From positions 22,458,562-22,522,561 of the forward strand of contig NC_068986.1 of assembly GCF_001194135.2 (NCBI RefSeq): DNA of 64,000 nt, given 5' to 3'. Positions 1 to 11,489 of the stretch are shown piece after piece; the first letter of the stretch is position 1; each line of letters begins with the position of its first letter. Below the pieces are notes generated by a model, which was given only the letters and a program-made list of their open reading frames with translations, made no database searches and was not told the origin of the DNA. This DNA comes from Octopus bimaculoides. Taxonomy: Eukaryota. The translations under genes and the position numbers were made by a program.

Positions 1-196
1 CACGCACGCACGCACGCACGCACACGCACACACACATTCATTCTCATTTTTATATATATAGATAATCTGATTTTTTTTTCCTGTTTTTTTTTTTTTCAAA
101 TACTTCCTTTATCTGTTGAAAATTCCTTTATAATGTGAAAGGCATAAATCTAATGAGTCAAATGTATATTCCATTAAGAGTGAATTGATGATGGTG

Positions 197-420
197 ATTA
201 ATTCTTTTGTTACCAATTATTGTAATACACCACTTTTATTTCACTTAATTTGGAAAATAACGGACAATTTAGTAAAATAACTTTGTTGTTATTAACTTGA
301 TGTTTGGAAATTTACATGAAATTTTGATGGAAGGTTTTAATTAAAATTACTTGAAAACAAGAAACCTGTGCCATAGAACCAAAGGTAGTCTTGACTGGGT
401 TGATATAAAAAAAAATTAAA
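197..420. mobile_element. TTAA-type (piggyBac-like) MITE family B, decayed copy
   Basis: Shares the body (TTAATTTGGAAAATAA..AATTTAGTAAAATAAC..TTTTGATGGAAGGTTTTAATT..CATAGAACCA..GGTAGTCTT) with 815-1081, 5549-5996 and 34880-35060. The ends are TTAA-bounded and degenerate. Confidence 0.5.
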
Positions 421-814
421 CCTCAAACAAAGTAGGGAAAGTAAATTCATAATTATGAATCAAATGCAACGACCACAAAACACCTACAAATTGTTTACCT
501 CAATCTTTCAAGTATTATGTTTCTCCTTAAGTGACCAGCTTATTATTGGGAGCAATCCTATATCACGTTTGTTGATCATGAGTTAAAAGTAGAAGAGGCA
601 GGTGCCACTCCTTCCTGTTTTGGCTTTGTAGGAATACTTCCTCATATGTTTAGGCTAATTGAGCGAAGTCAGACCTAAATTATAGAAATATAATCACTGT
701 GTCAACTCAGTCGCTCCACAAATACTTTAATTAAAAGCAAAATATTGTCTCAAATATATTGAAGGGGGACTAGGAATTTTTAATTTTCATCTATTTCTAA
801 AGAGCATTGACATG

Positions 815-1081
815 TTAATCCTTTCATGACCATATTTATAATAAAATACGTTCCATGTGTGTTTTAATTAATTTTGAAAGTAATCAAGAATTTGGAGTGA
901 TATAGTAAAACAACCTTTTCATTATTAGGCTGGTGTTTTGAATGTTACTTAACAAAAGGGTTTTTTTTTGCATATAAAACTTATGATAGGTTTTTAATTT
1001 AAATATGAACACTTTAGAATGAAAAGCTTTGTATCATAGGGCCAGAGGTAGTCTTAGGTAAGTGGGTATCAGATGGATTAA
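815..1081. mobile_element. TTAA-type MITE family B, decayed copy
   Basis: Same body as 197-420. Ends are TTAATCCTTT..GGATTAA. Confidence 0.5.
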
Positions 1082-2499
1082 CTGAAATTGCTTTAACTAA
1101 TAAAACTGGGTTGCTGATTTGGTTCACTGAATACATATTGGTGCATCTGGTATGCTTTCATTAAATAATAACAAATAAAACTATCAAATATCAACAAAAT
1201 AGTTATACACATTTAATAAATCTCGCTCATATACCTTCTCATATCTCTTCATTATAAAGTATTAATGAAAGTAGGAGGAGGTTATGAAATGAAAATTGGG
1301 AGAAGAGTGGGATCGAGTTTAATACATGACATACAATGGAAATTAAATTCAAACTTCATACATGTATTTGTATATAGCTAGTGATTGGTGGACTGATAAA
1401 AAATAGTATGAATGGAATTTCAATGCTCTGAATAGCAAAATCTGTTGTGGTACTAAGAAAAAAAAAGAAAAATTATGGCTGTTTTTTTCTGAATGTATTT
1501 AAGAATATGAGAGTCGAAGAAAGATACACAATTTTATGTATTTGAGCCCTTTTTTATATATATTACACCATTGTTGGTCATACTCAAGTTTTATATTGAT
1601 TTAGAGCAACATAGAAATTAATTTCCATGAAAATCAAATATATCTGCTAATTTTCCACATGGTGGATTCTAACTGAATAGGTAAATTTTCAATAAACATA
1701 ATTATGAAAGTATGTAAATTTTATAACATATTTCAAATTGGTGGCTAATACATTCTTGACAATATCTATCGACAATCTAAAATAAGGGAAGTTAATAAAT
1801 GAAACAATAAAAAAATCATAGCAAAAGACAGGGAATTTATTTTCATCATTAATTAATTTAAGAGATTTGTGATTTTGAGGACATTCATATTCATAAAAAC
1901 ATAATTAAGAGCAGTCAAATATTAATTGTTTCTCCGTAGCTGATATACCAGCAATGAGCTGTCAGAACCACTGAAGTATATTAAATATTGATTATAAATA
2001 TTGATTCCAATTGCAAGTGAGTACAAAAATACAAGTTAATATCGTGAAAGATATTACTGGAAATGTAGGAGTGATTATTAGGTAACTATATAAATAAATA
2101 AAATACAAAATGCAAAAGCTTTTTTGATTATTTTTTAGACATTTCTTTAAATGGATGAAGAGTGTTAAGATTTATAGGGTTTTAATTCAGGATGATGAAT
2201 CTAACATAATGGAATATGAATATTAGATCTTTTCCTTATAGAATTTCTTTTTCTTTTTTCACACAAATGAAATTAATATATCAGGAATTTGTAAACTCTC
2301 TGAAAAACATATCTCTAATAATTATCATCTGATTTATGATGACAACCATTAAGAAATAGTAAAACTAAAATTTAAGGAAATTATTTCTGTATTACTGAAT
2401 AATCTAATGAAACACTTTAAGTAGGATACAAGATTTTGATCCAGATTAGGATCTGACAGCTTTAATACATCTTGGTACTTTACGACCTCAAGAAATGGA

Positions 2500-2695
2500 T
2501 ATATCCTTTCAGCATTCTAAACTTTGTCAAATGTGACACTTACTTTTTTACATTGTTCTGGATTAATCATGAATTGTCTCACAACTTCAAGATTTCAATG
2601 ATATGTTTGTTGTTTATTTTTAGAATGACATTGTCGGGTATGTGACACAGGCTAAAACAGGTAAAATAGTTGGGCAGTTTAAATGCAAAAGACAT
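2500..2695. mobile_element. TTAA-type MITE family A, decayed copy (opposite orientation to 41958-42173)
   Basis: CCTTTCAGCATT start. The internal TTTTTAGAATGACATTGT is the reverse complement of ACAATGTCAT..AGAAG in the 41958 copy. Confidence 0.45.
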
Positions 2696-3527
2696 ATACC
2701 AACAACTAAAGTTTTGAATGTATGATTTGGTTAAAATTAAAACACTTTGATACCTTAGAAGTTTTAGATTAGGAAAACAGTTTCAACCAAATTTAACATT
2801 TACATGTTTTTTTTTTTTATTGTTCAGACTACACTCAAGTAGTGTGCAGTTATAATCTCTTAATGGTTAATATATCCAGAAGTTCTCCAACTTCTGTCAA
2901 CCATTATTAACTTTATATTGTTTACTTCACCTGGAATAACACTGATTAGATATGCTAAGTAACAGAGCTGATCTCCTATTTCCAATAATCCATTTATGCA
3001 GGTTATGATCTTGACAGTTGGATTGGAATCAGTGTCAGTTACATTCCTGTGTTTACAACAGTTGCATTCTCTTTTATTCATATAGCATATTTATTTTGAC
3101 ACTATAACCATTTAAACAACTCTATACACATCAGTTTTCAGTGATTTTATTTAGTGCTGTGTCACTACATCATATTTTCTCTGGTGCTTTCTGTTCTGCT
3201 TCCAAGCAAATATGCCAAGGAGAGTTTCGCTCTTGGCAACCCAACTCCAGCAAAACAGTAATATTTGCACCAAATCATTATTATCCTTGTCCTTTTTTTA
3301 TTTTGAGTTCAAATGCTGCTGGAGTCTACTTTGTCTTTCATTCTTCCAGAGTCAATAAAGTACCCATGTAGTATTGGTGTCAATTAAACTGACTGTACGC
3401 CTCCCCAAAACGTGTGGCTTTGTATGCATATAAAAAAAATTATTATTATTAAAATAAAACAAACCCATAAAAACAATAGCATCTATATACTACTGTACTA
3501 ATTATTGATTTAATATTCATTTCTATT

Positions 3528-3720
3528 AAGATGGTTAATTGGCAGAAACGCAAGAACACTTGGACAAAATACTTAGCAACATTTCATCCTTCTCTATTTC
3601 CTGAGTTCAAATTCCACCAAGGTAAACTTTGCTTTTTATCCTTTTGGGGTCAATAAAATAAGTACCTTTCCCCCCCCCCCCAAATTGCTGGTCTCACGCC
3701 AAAGTTTGAAATCGATATTC
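3528..3720 (+). mobile_element. tRNA-derived SINE (family with CTTTGCCTTTCATCCTTT..GGGGTC.ATAAA..AAGTACC core)
   Basis: GAGTTCAAATTCC B-box-like motif followed by the core, which is repeated at 5170-5340, 5661-5876 and 41900-42270. Confidence 0.65.
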
Positions 3721-3768
3721 ATTCCTATTTTTCACCATCCATGTTTTAGTCAATTTTCAACAGATTAT

Positions 3769-3975
3769 ATTCTTTTCTACTCTAGGCACAAGGCTCAAAA
3801 TTTTGGGGGAGGGGGCCAGTCGATTAGATCGACCACAGTATGCAACTGGTACTTAATTTATCGATCCTGAAAGGACAAAAGGCAAAGTCGACTTTGGCGG
3901 AATGTGAACTCAGAATGTAAATACAGATGAAGCATTTCACCCGGCATGCTAACATTTCTGCCAGCTCGCTGCCTT
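3769..3975 (-). mobile_element. tRNA-derived SINE, same family, well-preserved reverse copy
   Basis: Reverse complement of the core (GGTACTTAATTTATCGATCCTGAAAGGACAAAAGGCAAAGTCGAC..GAACTCAGAA) with head CTGCCAGCTCGCTGCCTT. Confidence 0.7.
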
Positions 3976-5548
3976 TTCGCCTTTCAACAGATTATATTAA
4001 ACCACTTCTTGACTACCGTCTAGACATTTTTCAGTCACTTTATTTTAATTTCTCATAGTATATGTTAAACTATTACAATTGTTCCTTGATGTTTCTGACA
4101 TGTTCAGCTTATTCTGCTGCAGTTACTAGGAACATTTTGCTCTCATTGTATATAATATAATTGTTGTATTCATCTAGCATTTTATACTAGTTACCTTCTC
4201 AATGAAAAAAAGATCCTTTGAGATTAGTAAAGGTAAAAAGTTCCAAAATTTCTATTTTCTAAACATTCTAGATCAGATGAAACAATCATTAATTCTGCAT
4301 TTAGCATATGCACAAGCACACACTTAACGTAAACATCCAGTGAACCATTTCTGCATTCCATTGGCTTTAGTATTTAACTATTTATGCCTTTCACTGCACT
4401 TGTGCATTTCAAGTATTCATTAATTGTCAGCTAATTTGAAATTCCACTTGTGCACTTATTGGTGCACTGACTACATAATATTAATTTTCAATCTGCTGCT
4501 TTTCTTCCAAAAAAAAAAAAATGTCACCAATTTTTGAAAATGTTACGCTTTCTAATTTTTTTTTTCTATCTTGGTTCTTGCAAAATAGATCATGTAGCAC
4601 ATTTTAGAAATATATAATACTTGAAGCCTATTTTCTAAAATTCTTTCTTACTGTTTTTAACATTTTGTTTTTTGATGATCTACACAGGAAATTTACTTTT
4701 CTATAATGGAATTTCAATCTTCGTCTTTAATCAAAATACTGATTTCTTACCCAGGCAGAAGGCCAATACTCTGTAGTGGAGGAGTATTGTCAATGAAATT
4801 GACCTCTATAGTATGAAAAGGAAAATTGATACTAGCCAGATTTGAACTCAAGATCTCCAGGGACAAAACTAAATGAATTTAATCTGTTTATCGTTTTATT
4901 TACTGCCACTGTGCTTTCATTAGTGAAAGTTTCGATTTCTTTCTTGGGCATTAGCTCCTGAGTTTTTGCTTGTTTGTGTGTATATATATTGATGTATGAA
5001 CATGTTTCTGTCTATGTATGTGTATGTTTAAGCCAGTCTAAAAATTAGTGTTCATCTTATCATGTTTTATGTTCCATAACATAATGCTTCGATAAACAGA
5101 GATTGATAAAATATGTACTGAGGGCAGTATCATCAACTAAAGCGTTGAAAGCAAATTGACAGTCATTAAAGCATTGAATAGAATACATTATAGCATTTGT
5201 TCTGGCTCTCTATGTTCTGAATTGTAATCTTGCTCAGGTTGACTTTACCTCTCATCCTTTCAGTGTTGGTAAATAAAGTATCAGTCAGGTAATGGAGTCA
5301 GTTCTATCTCGCTTTCTTGGAATTGACCAGGTTGTGCTAAGAAGGGTTAAGGGAGACCACTCACAGTATCCATTGAGTGAAGGGCTAACAACCTTACCTC
5401 ATAGATAATTATGTTACTGAAACTAAGACAGCCTGATATACAATGCAGCTCAGAACAGAATAAAACAAATATAACTACCTGTAGGCAGTGCCTTATCATA
5501 GTGACAGTCCAGCTAGTGAAAGTAGTAAAAGAATATTTTGGTGTTTTA

Positions 5549-5996
5549 TCATTTAACACTTTTGCTACTCTATTTCAGTTGAAATATGCTGTCTTTGTTT
5601 CAATTAATTTTGAAAATAGTGAAGAATTTAGTAAAATAACTATCATTAATGATTTGGTGTAAGGTAGCGAGCTAGCATAATCATTAGAATACTGGACAGA
5701 ATGCTTTGAGATATTTCTTCCAGTTTTACATTGAGTTCAAATACTACCAAGGTCAACTTTGCTTTACATCCTTTCAGGGTCAATAAAATAACTACCAGCT
5801 GAGCACTGGAAGTTGATGTCTGCAACTAACCTCTCCCCGCAAATTCCAGGCCTTGTGCTTACAGTAGAAAGATTATTGATTTGATGTTTGGTATGTAAAT
5901 TGCTATGCAGTTTTAATGGAAGTTTTTAATGTAAATCACTTCAAAACAAAGCTTATATCATAGAGTTAAGGGTGGTCTTCATAACAAAAAGGTTGC
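5549..5996. mobile_element. MITE family B split by a SINE insertion (SINE 5661-5876, +)
   Basis: The MITE body is interrupted by a full SINE flanked by the near-perfect duplication TGATTTGGTGT (5650-5660) / TGATTTGATGT (5877-5887). Confidence 0.6.
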
Positions 5997-6164
5997 AAAT
6001 AAACTTGTTTAATGCATCTTTATATTAGAAGTGTATTGTCCAATGAACGTGTCTAGGATTATAAACCTTCACTGATCATCTAAACCAGTGGTTCAACTGT
6101 TTTTTGCCTGTGGACCCCTTTGATTCCTAATTTCTCTATTGGATCCCCATGGTCATTTGATCAT

Positions 6165-6420
6165 CATCATCAGCATCATGGTTTAATGTCCGTTTTCCAA
6201 CCTGGCATGGGTTGGACGGTTTGACCGAGGTCTGAAGAGCCAGCAGCTGCACCAGGCTCCAATCTGATCTGGCAATGTTTCTACAGCTGGATTCTCTTCC
6301 TAACGCCAACCACTCTGGGGGTATAGTGGGTGCTTTTTACATGCCACTGGCACAGGAGTCAGTCAGGCGGGCCTGGCATTGATCTTGTTTGGATAGTGCT
6401 TTTTACGTGTCATCGTAAAG
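6165..6420 (-). mobile_element. RTE-LINE 3' tail element (5'-truncated copy or tail-sharing SINE)
   Basis: (CAT)n then TTTAATGTCCG..GCATGGGTTGGAC..CTTCCTAACGCCAACCACTC..GTGGGTGCTTTT, homologous to 20329-20640 and 53390-53760. Confidence 0.65.
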
Positions 6421-7478
6421 AAAAATTGATCAGAAATATACTGTGTTGTATGAGAGTACTTAATCTTGGTGCAGTAGTTAGCTAAGCAATTTGTCAACAT
6501 CAAGATAGTTGTATATTTTACAATTCTGTCATTATTACTCTCTTCTGACCTATTCTGCTTACCCAATATATGGAACAAGAAATTTTTGAGTTTTTCCTAA
6601 GATACAGTTTGAAATTCTTAAATTCTTAATCACGAAAAGCAGGATGTTGTTCATCCACTTGGACATTGCAAGCTCAAGTATTTTAGTAATAAATGGGATA
6701 GGAAAGAGAATATGTGGCATGTCTTGGATGTCAAGACAAAAGGAGGCTATGACTATGAAAGAATTCCAGTTGTCATCTCAAACATTTCTTCTTGGTTATC
6801 AGTGCTGCTGCATCATCACAAAAACAGTTTATTTACACATTAGAAGAAAAAAGAAAAAAGATTCTAAGTTTGACTTCTTTAAATAATGGCTATCATTGAC
6901 ACAATGGTGACTTTCTCATTAGCTTTTAGGTTGCTCTCCATTCTGAGATGAAATTGGTAATCTATACCCAGTCATTGTAAATTTTTGTCTTAAAGAATAT
7001 GCAATATTTTGTATCCCATCATTTTATTTCTCTCAATATACACACTTCATTTAAAGAACTCTACAAGAACTCATAAGGTGATTCTTTATCTTTGTGTTCT
7101 GTTTTATTAAGCAAATAAAGTACAAATCTTTCTGTTGGAACCTGCTCATCAGTTTGGTAAAACACACATAGGCATGCTTGTTTATTGGTATAACGCAAAT
7201 GGTAATAAGCTACATGAGACGCTTTACAGTATCAATTATGATTTAGTTTTGGAATTTTATTCATTCAACAGATACTGCTCTTGGAGAAGAAGAAATAATC
7301 ACCAGTATCAAACCATTACAAATTTTATAGTCGTGCTTGACGAAAATATTTCTTTGGATAGGCCGCTAGTCTACCACAGGTGTTTTTCCTAGATTTAATC
7401 ACTCATCCCTTTCGAATTAACCAACATTGTGTGCGTGTATTGGTCAAGTCAGTCTCTTGCTGTTCTGGAGTTTCGTTC

Positions 7479-7511
<33 letters not shown>

Positions 7512-7545
7512 GGGGAGGGGTGCGCGTACACACACACACACACAC
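7479..7545. repeat. Compound microsatellite (CT)n(TA)n..(CA)n
   Basis: Directly visible. Confidence 0.9.
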
Positions 7546-8399
7546 TCTATACGGGTGCGCGCACTCGTACACAGATTGTAATTTAATCAAATGTGAACAG
7601 TTAACATCAATTTTGGAATAAATATACACGTGTATTTGTATATATAGCCATAAGCACCAGTCTGCACAATATGTGTACATGCACATATTAAACATTCGCA
7701 CTGTTATCTCTCCTTACACCGTTCAGGTATAAGTGTGTACACTTGAAAACGAAAAAGTGATGTGTTAGCAATTATGTCTTAATACAATCCTCGCTACTGG
7801 AACGTTGTTGTTACTCTGAACATTCTTTCTCACTTGTTTACAAAACAGCCCTACTGTTTACATTTTTTTGCGTATATTTTGTAAGTTGCATCTCTGATCT
7901 CGACTTCTCTAATTCCTATTACTGTAATAATGTAAAAGACACGACTGCACATGTTGAAATTGTGGAACTAGGCTAGAAGCTAAGTGAATACCAACGATCT
8001 TGTCTTGGAATGTATGTAAAATTTAAATAACTATAACTGAAATTATCTTTTTCTTTTTGTTGCAGATAAACCTCGGCGGTTTTCATAACTGAAAGTGGAT
8101 AAGCAAATCTACTTCTGCTAAACATCACTTCTGATCGACGAACATACAAATTATTTCCTTCTTAACCGTCATTTGAAGACGATCTTGACATTGCAGCTAC
8201 GGATAGCCAAACGTACAGTAAAAGAAATTGATTTCTTTCTTTAGGTGATAAACGTTTCATTGTTTCTATTGAGTAAAAGCGACAAAAAAAATTGCAAAAA
8301 ATATCAATCAAAATAACTGAAACTAATTAATTATTTCACCTAAAGAGAAAGAGAAAAGAATTTAATATTATAAACTTTCTACAGGTAACTGTAGTTGGC

Positions 8400-8759
8400 A
8401 AGTTACTGCAAGTGCTTCCATACTAATTCGACGTAAAACGTTGTGATTGGTTAACAGCCAAGGACCCGGATGAGGATTATTTCTGGCGAGACTCGACATG
8501 GCGACTTCGACGCTTCATGGACCGAAATTTTAGCAGTACTTACTTTTGCAGTCGTCCCAACCACTCCAACAATCGTGACAATTATCAGTATCTGCTGCCG
8601 TCGCAGCAGCAGCGCGTCTCTTACGAGGACGTGGACGTAAAACGTTAACGACGAGACGGAGGAGGCCGTCACTCCGGAGGAGGGTCTAAAGAGGCATCAA
8701 GCCGAAACAAAGGACGGCCCCGGGTCGACACCAGCATCAGTGTCATTATCACTGCTAGA
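8400..8759 (+). promoter_or_regulatory. CpG-rich proximal promoter / 5' leader of the ZCCHC gene
   Basis: High CpG density compared with flanks. It contains an inverted CCAAT (GATTGG, about 8444-8449), a YY1-like ACATGGCG (8496-8503), ACGT-core motifs and three upstream ATGs. The TSS is not determinable from sequence. Confidence 0.55.
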
Positions 8760-9350
8760 ATGGTGTTCAAAGAAACAGTGTGCTTGTGGTTTCAAAAGTT
8801 AAATCCTCATACGAGGATTGACATTATGTGTGGGCTGCTCCATATGTGTGTGCCGCCCGAGTTGCGCTTTCTTGGAACGTTTCTTGAGGACCTAGGCAAG
8901 AAGGACTACTACCGGCTGAGAGATGCCGAAATTAAAGCTAACAACCACATCGATCTTGCAAAAAGTACCAACACACCTATCAACAATAGCGCTAGTAACA
9001 CTGACAGTTCCACATCCTCTGGTTCTACGAGTACTATCGGTGCTGGTTCTTCTAATACTTCATCACCATCTATCTCGACCGAGGAAAGTCTTCGCAACAA
9101 GCTGTCCCTGTCACTAGCTCTGCTGTACTCGTCCAACATCCAATGCTCCAATATTATCTTCAAAATGCTCGAAGCTAATGTGGAACGAGCACTACGGGTG
9201 ATGCCTTCTATGGCTGTAGTGACCATTTACGAAATTCTTACCATTTTAGTGATGGCAGCCAACCACCCGGCCTTCAGCGTTACCCAACAACTTACCATGG
9301 CAGAATTATATAAATCGGCTGAGAAGGCCGCTGAAGGCCTCATTCCCAAG
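8760..9350 (+). CDS. ZCCHC14: ZCCHC14/ZCCHC2-family protein, coding exon 1 (197 codons; conserved N-terminal helical domain)
   Basis: Translation MVFKETVCLWF..RIDIMCGLLHMCVPPELRFLGTFLEDLGKKDYYRLRDAEIKANN..LRNKLSLSLALL..MAANHPAFS matches my recollection of human ZCCHC14/ZCCHC2 N-termini ([38 protein letters not shown]; MASNHPAFS). It ends at a strong donor CCCAAG|GTAAGC at 9350/9351, phase 0. Invertebrates likely have one pro-ortholog, so ZCCHC14 versus ZCCHC2 is not resolved. The SAM and zinc-knuckle domains are not in the window. Confidence 0.9.
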
Positions 9351-10247
9351 GTAAGCAAATCCATAAATTTATATAGATTTCATAATTTCAACCTCAGTTG
9401 CAGACATTCTTATTGTTTCTATGCGAACGTCAGACAAATAGATCGAATGTTTTGGCATGTAGATCTGTGTTATGTATGATTTATTAGCTCATGAGATGTG
9501 AACACTGATTTACACTGCAGTTTAATCGTTCCAACTATTGTTTCTTTGAAAATTATGTCTCAATCAATGTATGAAACCGTTATAAGAAACTGTCGAACCC
9601 GCTATTGCATTAAAACGTAGATTACATTCATCTATCACTCCAACAAGTGTTCTAATACCACACAATCATGTAATATTGAAAGCTATTTTGTTTTACTTCG
9701 TTTGTTAGCTACAATTACATTTGAAATGCTTTAGATTTTCCCCTCTTTATTTAAAAGATATATTTGTGTGCTTTTATTTATATGATATATACATACACGC
9801 ATGCAATACATACATTCATCTAAGAATCCGGACATACATTCATATACATGTGTGTATGTGTGTATTTACATATATTGCATATATAGCTGGATATATTTAT
9901 GTACATATATCCTGCTATGTTTGTGTGTGTGTGCAATCGCGCGCGCACACACTTATACACATACCTTATATACCTTACACTATATATTATTTATTAGTAC
10001 AATTGTATTAGCTTCCTTAGACTGATCGTTTTAAATTTAAATTATCGATGTGATTTGGATCACACGACTGATGTCGAATGGGGGGAAAAAATCTCCCTGC
10101 ATTTCTGATAAACATATGCAGATAGATACCTGCTCTTGTATGAAGGTATTGGCGAAATCTTTTCCACAGCCAAAATCTCTGTCATTGTTATGAGTGTCTT
10201 GTAATTGTCAAAAGTCAGATTGTTTGAATTGAGAAATATAAACAAGT

Positions 10248-10250
<3 letters not shown>

Positions 10251-10314
<64 letters not shown>
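10251..10314. repeat. Compound microsatellite (CT)n(TA)n
   Basis: Directly visible. Similar (TA)n/(GT)n runs occur at 10594-10700, 14706-14756, 41499-41562 and 62292-62317, and many of them border assembly gaps. Confidence 0.9.
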
Positions 10315-10317
<3 letters not shown>

Positions 10318-10594
10318 TATATTAAATAAGAAATAACTAATAAACATTTTGATATGCATCATTCTTTTTTTTCTGCACGATAGAGATGTCTAGTCTTGCA
10401 GCATCTAATGCATTTAATTTGATGGTGCCGAACACTTTACATATATATATATTATTTCTCTTTTGTAATTTGCTCGGAAGCATAACCATATTGGACTGAT
10501 GACCCAGTAGCTGAGATAAAATTACGTCGACACGTGAACTAGGACAGTGTGTAATAATTCTTCTCCAGATTCTTTTGCTTTCTCTGGATATGTA

Positions 10595-10657
<63 letters not shown>

Positions 10658-11489
10658 TTACATGCACACCCATACATACATGCACATATATATATATATA
10701 ACACAATGGTGTGTATAATTAAGTGATTGACAAGTTATTAACAATCTTGTCATCAAAGTATTTTAGAATCTTGATCAGTAAAAATTTATCGACTATTATT
10801 TTTTTTTTTTATTACAAGATGTTCTCAGGGGAAGTGGCATGTAATCTTGATAAGAGTACATTCCTAGATATAAATCGTATCGATTTATAATGAAAACTTT
10901 CGTTCTAAACTTGGATAGCCCATCACGATTAGATAAGAGCAGACGTTTAGAAGAATAACATTAATTGGATCTTAATGAATGCTTACAGCAGTTAAGAATA
11001 GTTTTTAGTTTTTATTGATTGAACTATCGATAAATGACCCTTGTAAATGCAACATGGTACTTTGAAAATCTCGTGAATGCCAGACGTTGTATGCTCTTCA
11101 AGAAGCTTCTTGATGTAGTATTTTATTACATTGTAAGCTTCAAGTATTCGCTACATTTATAAATTATCAGGTTGTCTCAATTGACTAATCAAGCAGAAAT
11201 CGATCATCCATTCACTACTCTTAATGAACGTTGCATTTTATAATGTATTGATTGTATTCTACTCATAGAGAAATGATAGAAAAATAGCCACATATAATAT
11301 ATATATATATATATGTGTATGTATTGTCTAGATGATAAATGAGAAGGAATTTTGTTCGTCTATAATACCATGTTTTCTGATGGCGCGGTATCGTATTACT
11401 TGTGTTACTGGCGAATTGGTTGAGTGTTGATTTATTAATGTACAAAAACTGTTAAAGATGGGGTAGTTTTTCACTGTGTTAATATAGGA

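Noticed and set aside
2860-3081. 73-aa minus ORF with a CNCC motif
   Set aside because: No recognisable family, splice context or conservation evidence; probably a TE relic or chance ORF.
7380-7701. Short ORFs rich in YI/HT/CV repeats (also 9721-10025, 10522-10704, 24272-24484, 41473-41661)
   Set aside because: Translations of dinucleotide microsatellites.
8483-8487. CTGGC (Smaug/ZCCHC14 CNGGN pentaloop) in the leader as an autoregulatory site
   Set aside because: The flanks give only three weak pairs (two G-U), so there is no stable stem.
8909-9226. 105-aa antisense ORF, plus the 64-aa +1 ORF at 8923-9117
   Set aside because: Shadows of the GC-rich real exon; there is no independent evidence.
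9351-9479. C-terminal 42 codons of the track ORF 8760-9479 (VSKSINLY..)
   Set aside because: Read-through into intron 1 past the strong GTAAGC donor; there is no family similarity and the sequence is AT-rich.
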